A stretch of DNA of 31,857 bases, from the NCBI GenBank assembly GCA_010093815.1, contig ML996573.1; one strand, 5' to 3'. The stretch comes from Pseudovirgaria hyperparasitica. Lineage: Eukaryota. This document shows positions 12,961-24,449 of this stretch, piece by piece (position 1 is the first letter of the stretch; each line of letters begins with the position of its first letter). Under the pieces are notes generated by a model. It searched no databases, was not told the DNA's origin, and worked only from the letters and a program-made list of their open reading frames with translations. The translations under genes were made by a program, and so were the position numbers.

Positions 12961-15813
12961 GTCTATAGGAATAGTCTACTAGGAGCCTAGCTAGGTCGAC
13001 GACTACTTAAAGTTATAATATCTATCCGCCCCTAGCCATTATAGATAGGGAGCCGTTAATATCTATTATAACGAGCGGCGTTATAATATATATATTTACT
13101 AAGCATTCTACGAATATATAACTATTAAGTACTTCCTTACGTTATTCGCTTAAAGATCGGTACTAGACCTAGATCTATTAACTAAAGACGACTACCATAG
13201 TTAAGCCGACCGCATAGCCTACTATTCGTAGTTACTAACCTATAAATATTCTATAATATCGACTAATTACTATATATAACTAGCTTTATCCTTACTAGAC
13301 CTAGTATATTAATTTAGTAGGCTCGTAATAGTTACACTCAATCTAAACTAACCGATATCCTCCTACGCCTACGTCTAAAGGTAGGCGAAAAGCACCACTA
13401 GTGGCCTATAGAAAAGATTTAGGCGCGAGCAAACATCGACCTAGCTAACCGACTATCCTATATAGCTCTACACGACGTGATAGCGAACTAGGTAGATTCT
13501 AAGAGTTTTCCTAGCTTGTTAAAAGCTTTCCTACTAATTCTTCTAGAATACATGGTAATAGGATACTCTTCGTCGTCGGCCCTACCCGTATAGGTCTCCG
13601 GTAATAGACCGGTAGTAGGTAATTTCTCTACGACTAAATAACGGCACCTATTAAAATACGATTTACAGCCGTTTTATATAGATTATCCTATTAATATTAC
13701 GGAGGACCGTATAACTTAGCCGCCTATGAACGTCTAGTAGTCCGACCAAGTAAAGTTACTAATTATTATAGTAATAGAGTAACGGATTATAAGGAAGGGC
13801 GAGGTCGGTATCTAATAGCCGGCCGTATTCTTAAAAGAAGGATGGTTTTAGGACGGTTGTCTCCCGCATGGAGCCCCTAGCGTTTTAAATAATAAGGTCG
13901 CGATTATCTTTAATCGATTTATACTCGGTAGAGTAGCGATATTACCACTATATTATTAGTAGATTCTAGAAAAGACTCGTTCTAAGCCCTAGGTAATTAA
14001 AGATAAGCCATTTATAGCGAATAAAACCGACCATTATACTTAGGCGGTACCCTTAGATATCGATCTAATATATAGGCACGAAGATGACGACGGCGGCATT
14101 TTAGCTAAGCGACTATTAAAGATCGTAAGCGCCGTATATCCGACTATAAAAAGTCTAGTAGACGATCTAATTTTAGCCCGATCGCAACGAGTAGGTTATG
14201 TATATACTACGTTACTTATATTACTAACCACTGCCGATAATTCGGACTTTAGCTCGCCGTATAGTTAGTTAAGTAGGTAGCGAATAAACTCGGGCAGCTT
14301 AGTACTAAACGTTAGTAATCTATCGCTATTCACGCCTAAATCGAGTCGGGTAATTAATTTTAAAACTAGCACGTAAAGATTTAACCTAATCACGATTCTA
14401 TAGAAAGATTAGCGGGATAATAAGGAAGTGACTATATTAGATATCTACGCGTATAACCTTAACGTAGTTAAAAGAATCGTCGACTAGTTAACCTAGGCCG
14501 ACGCCTATCTTACCGATGTCTACTAATAACTATACGATATAACCTCGTCTATTAAGGTAAATATAGTCGACTAGAGAACCATGGTAGCTATCTAGATATA
14601 ATTTTTAACGTCCGTTCTAATAGCTACTAGGAATAACCTACGCGTAATACTTCTTAAGTAAGCTAAAACTCTTTATAAACTTATCGGCAACGAAGGTATT
14701 AACTTAGTTAAAAATAGGCATAAGCGACCTATATTCGAGTATACTATTTTAATAACTAAAGACTCCTTCGAAGTTAAGAGTAACCTAGATATATATATTA
14801 CGTTATTCTAGGACTTTCGGTAGAAAGTAAGTACCGCTAAAAAGATATAGAGCCTTGATAGAGTAGTTATAGGAAGTCTAGTTTTTAAAAAACCGACTAT
14901 TAAGAGAGACCTCTATATTATCTAACCTAAGCTTATAAAGAAACGAGTCGTTATCTCATCCGATAAGGAAGAAATTAATAGTAATTTTACTATAGTATAG
15001 CCCCGCCTAGTTATAAAGACGACCTTAGCCGCCTTAAAAACGTTATCTTAGTTATTTTAATGAAAGCCTAAGTAGCCTAATTCGGTCGACCGCCTAGGTC
15101 TCCTACCTAGCCTAAGTAAGTTAGCTCGTCCTCTAGCCGACCGTAGAGAACTAGGACATTACTCGTACTAAATGGGTAAGCTAATTAAGCGACCAGGGCC
15201 TCTAGGGGAGGTAGTTAACCTCCTCGAGCCTATAAAGTTAATTTACGAGTACGGTAAATACGCTATAAGGTTATTTAATAACGAAATTAGCGAGTATATA
15301 TAGGAGTACCTAAACCGTACCCACGACGCTAAATATAAGTTTTATACTAAGGAGTTAAGACTAAAGTAAATGGTTAAATACTACTAGAACGTCTACTACT
15401 ATTATAGCTTTAGACTCGAAGACGCTACCACAACTACTTATGGTTACGAGTGGTACGAACCTTACCTTACCAAAATACTACTAAATAGACCGTTATATTA
15501 TAAGACGTGCTAAAAGGTTATAAAGCTAGTTTTTCTAGATAATAACTCTAATAGCGTATAAGGTAAGCCCGTAATAGCTTTACACGAACTAACTAGCGTA
15601 CTACCTACTAGCGAAGTATAGTAAGTCGACTAGGACGATAATAAAGACGTTAAGGTTACTAAGCTACTAGCCAAGCGACGAGGTCGCCCTAAGGGGACTA
15701 TAAAGCACGTCGCGCCCGCTAAGGAACTCCCTAGCGTCGGTTTAGCCGTAGGTCGACCGTGCCGTGGTGTCTATAAAGATATAAACCCGCGCCTAGCCAA
15801 GCGTCGCGCGTAA
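12961..15813 (+). pseudogene. Extra ~950-codon coding region of element B, in frame with pol; C-terminal RING-H2-like finger and AT-hooks
   Basis: Protein-like reading continues in the pol frame with stops only of the RIP-derivable kind; Cys/His-derivable codons at RING-H2 spacing 15394-15510; intact KRRGRPK at 15673-15693; TAA at 15811-15813 shortly before the 3' LTR. Confidence 0.75.
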
Positions 15814-15856
15814 AGCTACTAAGGGTAGTAGTAGGTTTTCTTAAATTCGGGCACCT

Positions 15857-16006
15857 TATTATAGCTATAGTAGTAGTATATACTATGTATAATTAATATA
15901 GGTAGTTACGAACCGGTCGTTTATATAAATATAACCGACCGGATACGTATATAGAAAATGGTATACTTTATAACCAATACAACTTAACTTGTTAATAATC
16001 TTAATA
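15857..16006 (+). repeat. 3' LTR of element B
   Basis: Direct repeat of 6460-6609 followed by TSD GATAT. Confidence 0.96.
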
Positions 16007-16011
16007 GATAT

Positions 16012-16977
16012 AGAAGAAATAGTCTATGTATTCCTACGAGTAGTTATAGTAAACTATAGTTTATCTAATAGTATTATATCTAATAGAGATAAGCTCTTTA
16101 TATTAAATTTTTAGAAAAGTCTAGTACGATAGCTTAGAACGAACCACTAACTATTAATAGTCTACTACCTATAGATAGATAGATAAATAGAGATTCTAAA
16201 TAGAATACTAGAATAATACCTCTAATACTATATTAATAAATAATAAGATAATTAGGTAGAACTACTACTACTAGCTTAATTCGTCTATAATAGTACGATA
16301 ACTTTAATAACTAAAACCTTACCGTTCTATGCGAACTACGGATTTAACCCTATAGCTAGCTATAATTATAAACTAGAATAGTCTATACTAAAAGTAAAGA
16401 TTAAGGCGGAATAGCTATATAAGCTATACTCGGAGCTATAGACTAAACTTTCTTTTATAAATAAAAGAATAATAAAATATATAAATTAAAAGAGAATAAA
16501 GAGACCATCCCTAAGGGGGGGAGACCTAGTATTCCTTATATAGAAAAATATTAAGATATAATAACTAAATAGTAAACTAGACTTTAAAAAGATTAGACCT
16601 TTCTAAATAAAATAAAAAATTTTAGAAGAGAATTATAAACTATCTTTACCTTAGAATATAAGGATATACCTAGTATTTTATATCTTATTACTAGAACTAG
16701 CACCACGTAATATAAAAATTAAAACTAATATTAAAGCTATAGATAAGGAATTCGAAGTTAAAAGGATTCTAGAATCTAGAATTAGTAATAAAATACTAGA
16801 ATATCTAATTAAGTAGAAGGGCTATAGACACGAATTAAATACTTAGAGACCTAGAGAATATTTAATAAACTACTAGTAACTATTATAGAAGTTCTATTAA
16901 ATAAACCTAGATTCGCCTAGTCCTCTATACTAAGCTAAGAATTATTAAAATCTAAGGGAGGATTCGGAGCCTTCTTA
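16012..16977 (+). pseudogene. pol: pol of element A, 3' part (integrase core, GPY/F, chromodomain)
   Basis: SDRDKLFTSxFW; HPQTDGQTE-like; KLDFKKIGPF ~16575; chromodomain EFEVERIL..EYLIKWKGY..ENTWEP-like at 16748-16900; end approximate. Confidence 0.92.
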
Positions 16978-17493
16978 ATAGTAACTCTCTATTATTATTT
17001 AAGTTACTCCTCCTTCTTCTTAAGATCTATTACTAATAGATTCTAATAAAGTATATTATTTTAACGACGCTCTAATAGCTTCTACTATTTCTCTAGGTAC
17101 TCTAGATACGTAAAGACGGTCTAAGCGTTCTACTAAGCTTTTCGCTAAGTAGCGGCTATATATTCTTTCTCTAACTTAAGACGAGCCTTTCTAGAATAAA
17201 TCTTCTTATCTAGAAATATTACTTACTAGCCCTAATAAAAGGAAAGAGAACTTATAAGATAATTTACTTAAAGCCTTAATCCTATACTTACTTACCGAGT
17301 AACTCTAATAAATATACTCTAAATACGTATCGGACTTTATAAATGCCACCCTATAAGTTAAACTATATTTCTTATAGAATAAGTAAGGGAAATATATCTT
17401 ATTACCCTTATAATTAATTAAAATAGATAAAGTAACTCTCTATTTTACTAGATTAGATTTAGAAGACTTAACTAATTTTATAACTCTAGATAT
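16851..17493 (-). pseudogene. Antisense ORF in the 3' region of element A: Zn2Cys6-like cluster plus coiled coil, one predicted intron (17267-17210)
   Basis: De-RIPed CSFCKKHGLTCRVAFTKSDxCSECIRQSRSVSEC (C-x2-C-x6-C-x9-C-x2-C-x9-C) at 17385-17284; a 58-nt GT..AG intron joins it in frame to KARLESEKE..FARLERLEKQQELLERR; conserved in the second copy. Confidence 0.7.
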
Positions 17494-17589
17494 AACGGAA
17501 GAAAAAGAGGAAGGGCTCCTTACCAAAGAAAGTTAGGATAACCTTCTACTTATAAGTAACTATAGAAGTACTTCGGGACGAAGTACCTT

Positions 17590-17602
17590 AGAAGGGGTAT
17601 TA
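17590..17602 (+). promoter_or_regulatory. Polypurine tract of element A
   Basis: AGAAGGGG(TATTA) immediately 5' of the 3' LTR; same tract, inverted, at 31442-31454. Confidence 0.75.
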
Positions 17603-18131
17603 TTTAATAAATTACTAGCTAGAGCTATAGAAGAATACGTAGACGCTAGTATAAGTAGTATAAGAAATAGTATAACACGTAGAAGAGGTGCCTATAATAT
17701 AATAGATAACCTTAGATAATAATCTAAGGCTAAGATAGACACCTATAGGGAGAGCTAATTATAGGTACTTAGAATAGGTATTCTAAGTAGTCTATCTAGT
17801 AATTAGAAATAGAATATTAGTATTCTAAGTAATGTACTAAATACTTAGAATAAGTATTCTAATTAGAGGACCTTAGTAGAACTATATAGACCCTTTAGAC
17901 CCGACCTCTAGAGATAGTTCTATAGTAATTAATTTAAACTTATACTAATATAATTACTACTTTACTCGCCTACTAGCTAGTTACTATTTATACCCTATTA
18001 ATACTTATTATAAACCTACTTACACCTCTCGGAGCCTTCTAAGTACTTTTACCTTTAGGAAAGCCGGGATACTCTATAGAACGGACTACTTTAGAGATAA
18101 GCCGCACCCTCGTTAAGGAAGGTTTATTATA
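17603..18131 (+). repeat. 3' LTR of element A
   Basis: 529-bp repeat of 1542-2070 followed by TSD CCTAC. Confidence 0.96.
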
Positions 18132-18299
18132 CCTACTATAATACCTAGTCTAAACTATCCTTATAAAGGATTATATTACTTAACTCGCTTAGTAGAATCG
18201 GGTATTCTAGGTAGACGCGACTATATCTATAACCGCCTACGTCCCCTAGTATATCTATAGATAAGCTAATAAATTCTAATAGTTTATTTATACTAAGAC

Positions 18300-19500
18300 C
18301 TACTATATCGTGTATTTTTATACCCTTAATATTTAATAGTATCGTGCCATTCTATATAGCCGTTATTAGTACTAGGGTAACCCGAGTATAATTATAGATA
18401 AGGACTATAGGTATATATATATAATACGGCGGTATAGCTACTTTAGAAGATATAGATACTAGTAGTCTAATAGTTAAATAACTAGGTTAGCTAGATATAT
18501 TAGGCGGGTTTATAGAGATATATAATATTATAACGGCTTGTCTAGCCTAGGGTATTATTTTAATATATATAATAGTATTTAGCTAACCGCCGCTAGTTAC
18601 ACGTAAATACTAAGAATATAGTATTAAGTTAATATATAGTATCTACCCGTGAAATAGTATAACTACTATTAATAAATATATATTTATCTACGACCGTCTA
18701 GAGATAATACTCTCGTTTTATATAGTAGTCCTTTACTTCCTTACTACGTAGGTTTAGTAATAGGCTAGTAAATTCCTCTTAAATTAACTCTTCTATATAT
18801 ACCCGAAGTTTCTACCTATTAGACGCCCTAAATATATAAAGTATGTTAAGACTCGCTTCTACTCGGCTATTTATTCGCGGCTAGCCGGACATGGCTATAG
18901 ATAGACGGAATAGAGAATAGGGTATATTACTAGGGTAATAGAGAGATAATATATATACTCTATATAATAGACGTAGGTATAACACGTACATTACGGCTAT
19001 ATCGACGCGAGTAGTCCGTATAGTTATCGGTAATAAGTTATTAATTTAATAGAGACGGGGAAATATATAACTAGTATCTAATCCTATACTAATATAGGGT
19101 ACGTGAAATAACGATATTAAATATATAATACTCTATATATAACGTTAAGTATAATAGGTAATAGCTCTACTCTAGTAATACTATCTATATATAATAAAAG
19201 AGTAGCGTAGTATATAGATACGATAGAATAGTAGGCCGTCTTTATAACTATATAGATCTACTACTAAAGAGGAATACTATAAGATCTAGTATATACTATT
19301 ATAAATATACTATTATCTATTATATTTAGGTATACTAACTCGGTATATACGAAATATAGATAACTACTAACCTATTATAGTTCGCTATCGTTCAAAGCCT
19401 AATAAGTAGAACTAAGGAATAAATAGTAGAAATAGTTAGATATAAGAGTTTCTAGTAATTAGGGAATAGTCTAGATAGCTTAAGAGAAGAATAGAGGACC
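18300..19500 (+). pseudogene. Degraded ORF of unknown function, probably part of the older host element
   Basis: Long protein-like frame (e.g. YVKTRFYSAIxSRLAGHGY at 18842) with RIP-type stops; no family recognised, boundaries approximate. Confidence 0.35.
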
Positions 19501-19910
19501 TCCATGAAGTATATACTTATATAATATTAATATATAAATATTTAAAAGAAGTACGTAATACTAACTATTATCTCTATAATAGATTATTATTAATTAGTAC
19601 TATTATTAAGAAGAGATAGACGAGTATAATAACGAATAATTATAGTAGTAAACCCTTATATTAAACACGAATAATACGACGTATTAGTATAGTATATTTA
19701 TCTATTATAAGAATGTATATCTAGTTACTATAGTTTCTAACGGTCTATATAAGAACGTATATATTACTAATATAGTAATATAAGTCTAACTATACTTATA
19801 AGGCTAGAGAAAGAATAAAGAAAGAGAAGAAGAAATATTAGAAGGGGAAGATACTTAAGAAAGACGTTTCCCTAGTAAGAGCGTTATATACCCGGTATAT
19901 ACTTATTTAT

Positions 19911-20010
19911 ACTTATTTATATAGACTCGTTATATATCTAGTACTTATTTATTAATAGACTTATTATGTATCTAATACTTACTTAACTATAGATTTATTA
20001 TATATCTAGT
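19911..20010. repeat. Three degenerate tandem copies of a ~33-bp unit
   Basis: ACTTATTTAT..TAGACTyrTTATrTATCTArT repeated three times. Confidence 0.6.
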
Positions 20011-20456
20011 ATCTAATAAGATATAAACACGGATAACGAAAACATTAGAATTAGGTATAAGCTAGGTCTAGTAGGCCTAGAGACATAGTTCGGATTTTAG
20101 GGTATTAATATATATAATCTATCTATATTAGATTAATACTATCCGTGTCTAGTTCTACCCGTAAATAAGAATTCTTTAAGTTCTATATGCCCCTTTTAGA
20201 GGCGTAGAGTTTTTATACTAGCTAGTAATTATTAGGTAATAAGGAGGTATATCCCTAGATACTCCTTAGCTAAAATTATAGATAATTATTAAATATAAGC
20301 CTTTTATAGAACCGATTATAATAAACTATAATTATTCCTTAGAGATATCCTAGTATAGATATAACTATCGAGTACTACTATATATAAACTATTACTTCCG
20401 CTATATACTAGTATATACTAGTATACTATAGTAGGCGGCGGTAGATAGTAATAGAC

Positions 20457-23400
20457 TTATAATACGCACCTATGTTTTAACGCTATGGTTATATTTCGTC
20501 TATTTATAGCCTAGAAGTCTAGATTATATACCTCGTTATAGATCCCCTAATTACTATATATATTTAACTAGAATAAACTATCTATAACTAACTAATAGAA
20601 TATAATATATATAGGGTATAGAATATACTCTAGCTCGTAGATACGGAACCTATCTATTATACGAGTCTTATTACTAGACCTTTAACCTACTATATATAAT
20701 AGTATAAGGCTACTAATGGTATTAATATTACCTCTATCTAAGTTATTAAGTAGTTTAACTAATATATCTAGGAATCGCGCTACTATACTACTAGTTATAT
20801 TAATACTCTCTATATTATATATCTCTAGAAATATATAGACTTTACTAACCCGCTTCCTATTAAGGTAGTTACTACCCTTATTAAACTTCTATACTATTAT
20901 ATAATTCTCCCTAGCCTTACTACTCTTTTACTAGTTATAGATATATCTTATCTAAATCGGGTTAAAGACCTCTATAGATATATCTCTATCTAGTTATATC
21001 GGCACGTATATAGTCTCGTATATATAGATAGAAAGGACCCGTACCTATGAAGGGTCCTTTTTAATATATTCGATATTTATATCTTTTAATATATTATCTC
21101 TAATAAGCTAATTATAATAGTTATATATAAAAGGTATAACCGTATTAAGTAATATAAAACTACTACTATATATATTATAGAGATTACTAATAGTAGTCTA
21201 GTAGAACGTAGATAGTCTATAACTCTATAAGACGTAGAGTATATATTTACTCTAGCGTGGCTCCTTTAGAATATACTACTAGCCGACTAGCTTATATATA
21301 TTATTAAGCTACTCTAGGCTAGAGACTACTAATATACTAGTACTAGCTGCTATCTCTATACTACTAGAGATTTTAGTATTTATTATACGTATATCTACTA
21401 CTAGCATCTACTATAGAAATATCTCTCTCTTATTTAAATCTTAATATAATTTCTTTACTATAATATAAGATTACTCTAGTAGCTCTACCGATATTAGATA
21501 TAACGAACTATAGTATTTAATAGTATTAACTAGATATAATAATATATAGAACTTTGGAAAGTTAAAATAATTATCCTCCGATTTATCTCTATCATATAGT
21601 ATAAACTAGTATTTTAGATTATCTAAGCGTAATATAGTCTCTTCTAAGTATACTAGTATCTATATATTATACGTATAGTACGCCGCTAATATATATATAT
21701 TAATAACCGCCCGTACTACGCTTAGAAAGTATTAATTATAATATAGAAGCGGTTTAAACGTGACTATAAATACTACTAGTATACGCTTAAATATTGCCCC
21801 CGTCTATTATATTACTAAAGTTATATATATAAGTAGGTTATAATAACTAAATACTCTAATAGACGCAAATCGCTTATTAATTACCTTCTTTACTCGTTCT
21901 ATAGAGGGTATACTAGTAAATATACCCTTTAACCTATATTCTATACGCTCTTAATTAATAATATATAAGACTATCTAATTAAACGTGTATTCTAATATAC
22001 CCTTATATAATTAATATAGAATGTCTAGAGCGACCACGCGGTATATATTAACTCTAGTAAGTAACTAGGCAAAATTATCTAATAGCTCTATCCACCTACT
22101 AGAATACTAACTCTTAACTAATTAGTAAATATAATAGTTCTATACTACTAGCGCAAAAGACGTCAACGAAAATAATAAGATACTAGGTATACTCGTTCTA
22201 TTATCTATCTTACTACTAGTATACTTACTACTATAGCTATTAGTTATTAACTCGCGATATATATAGTAAATCTATTTCTATAATAATAAGTATATATAGA
22301 ACTTCTATATACTAGTAATAGCTTCTTATAGATACTATCGTCTATTACTAGAGACTATATATATTAGATATATATACTAATAGGATATACCTATAATAAG
22401 TACCTACTCTAGAAAATCTATAATATATAAAGCTAAATATAGATAGTACTTACGTAAGCCGCTATTAGTATATAATACTAATACTCTAGTACTATATATA
22501 GCCTATAATACTATATAATAATTAGTATAGTTAACGACTCTATCATGGGCGGATATATAGGCTAGAACTTTACTTATAATCTAATAGAATATAAAGTAAT
22601 TCGCTACCGTTTCTAGCTTAACTACTAGTAATAGAGTAAGTAGTAGAAATAATAGTAGACTCCTAGATAAGCGGATGTTTAGTAGTAGATTATAAATAGA
22701 TAGATAGACTAGCTATACTACTCTATTACTACTATGGTTAGTAAGGTTTATCTTATCTAAAGATAAAATAATAGAGACGATAACGGTACTATCCGGAATA
22801 GTAGCGTATATATTCTACTAACTATCTACTATATAGACTTTACTATATACCTAGTCGCCTAAACTAGTAAATTATTATACTAGCTTAAATATAAGCTTAC
22901 TAGTAAATAGTTAGTATCTAAGGAGGAATTCTACTAACGTAAGCGGATCTCTATACTAGTATTGAACTATAGTAGTACTAAATATATTATAGCTATACTA
23001 CTAACTTTTATACGGTATCCCTTTAGAGTAGTATAATAACTACTTATATATAATATTAGATTTTAGTATAAAAAGGTTAGAGGGTATAGCGGAAGTCTAT
23101 TTAAGGATAGTAGTTAATTTATTATATACTATATTTAAAATACTAAACTAATTTATTTATATTATAAGGCGCTCTATAAACTTACTATTAAATTAACCGA
23201 AACGGGTCTACTAAATTAGTTACTACTATAAACCTAGACTATATATACTTACGTCGGATAGATTATTATATCTACTCTAGTCTACTATAATATATATACT
23301 ACTCTCTTCTTCGAATATTTTTATTAAATATATAGTACTAGACGCTCTCGTTACTATAGATATAGTATTTCTACTATATATATTAGACTAATATACTAAA

Positions 23401-23783
23401 TTAGTACTATAGCTACTAGTAACGCTATCTATAGATTATAGGTCTAAAATAGAATTAGAGAATATAGTAGTATCTTTATATAGGGCTATATTAGTAGTAG
23501 ATATATCTAATTCCATAGACTTAGACTTCTAATTAATACTTAATAGCTAAATACTAATAGAGTAAACTAAAGAGTTCTATTAACTAATATAACTACGAGT
23601 ACTAAAGCCGTGCTATAACCTAGTTAATAGTAGTAGCTATAGACCTAATAGTTATAATAATAATAGTAATATAGTAAGCCGTGCTCGTCTATATAGTTCC
23701 GAGTTATAGTACCTACGAATTATATAGTATATACTACTAATCTTTCTACTATAGTATTAGTAGAAGACTACGGCCTATAGTAT
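20457..23783 (-). pseudogene. Plavaka-type (CMC/CACTA-related) transposase, RIP-inactivated
   Basis: De-RIPed motifs in one frame: HRDPL..EFLL, RVYGEVHTADGWW, VPVILSSDKTNLTNHSGDRAAWPVYLSICNL (~22790-22690), CADGGLRKCHPCLASYIADFPEQ (DFPEQ 22418-22404), C-terminal FWLNTYSDWGIYNEVYDPDF; N-terminal CxxC..H; start and a possible short intron (~23252-23211) inferred. Confidence 0.88.
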
Positions 23784-24449
23784 CTTAAGGTATAGTTACT
23801 ATAAAGGAAAAATACTATAGTATAATTATTAGTAGATAGTAATAATACGGTATATAGCGGATATTCTAGGCGTATACTAGAAGAAGTTAGGTGTAAGCCC
23901 GTTAAAAGCCCGATATATACCTACTAACCCCTAACTTCTACCCGGCTCTTAGCCCCTTAATTTCTATATATACTTACTTAAAATTATTAATAATAATACG
24001 TAAGTATTACGCGTCTATAAAAATACTATATTAGTCTATATCTAAACCTTTATTATATCTACTAGCTAGTTATTATCCCGCTATCTAATATTATTACCTA
24101 GTAGATTACGAATCTATAGCTAATAAAAATATCTACTAATCTCTTATATATCTTCTCTATAGAACCTCTAACACGAAAGATAGTTAAGGAACTATCTAGC
24201 TACTATAGTAGTAATACTAATAGAAGATAATCTAGTAACTATAGTAAACTAAATAGAATAGGTAAATAAAGATATAATATAACGTAGATACGTATTAGTA
24301 TTAATAATAGAGACTTATATAATAGCTATCGATATAAAAAACGTATATATATATATATCTAGCTTATCTTAACGCGTTCGTTTACCTACTAATAACCTAG
24401 TAGTCTAGGTATACTAGTAGTAAATATAGTAGTAACGCCCTATATAGCT

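Larger units (their letters stand above)
6460..16006 (+). mobile_element. Ty3/Gypsy LTR retrotransposon 'B' (9547 bp), nested in the integrase of A
   Basis: 150-bp LTRs (6460-6609, 15857-16006), the 5' one still starting TGTTACA; 5-bp TSD GATAT (6455-6459, 16007-16011); removing B restores the A integrase frame (YFIPY..KxxD|xEE..YVFLR..SDRDKLF). Confidence 0.96.
1542..18131 (+). mobile_element. Ty3/Gypsy chromovirus LTR retrotransposon 'A' (about 7.04 kb without nested element B), RIP-inactivated
   Basis: Two 529-bp direct repeats (1542-2070, 17603-18131) flanked by an identical 5-bp TSD CCTAC (1537-1541, 18132-18136); internal order gag-PR-RT-RH-IN-chromodomain; purine-rich tract before the 3' LTR. 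Confidence 0.96.

Noticed and set aside
12961..15813. env-like ORF3 interpretation of the B extension
   Set aside because: I saw no obvious signal peptide or transmembrane anchor, and the C-terminal RING, AT-hook and basic motifs point to a nuclear protein; RIP inflates hydrophobic codons, so this is not conclusive
21032..21062. Hairpin AAAGGACCC..GGGTCCTTT followed by T residues, resembling an intrinsic terminator
   Set aside because: Lies inside the transposase coding frame in eukaryotic DNA; likely coincidental
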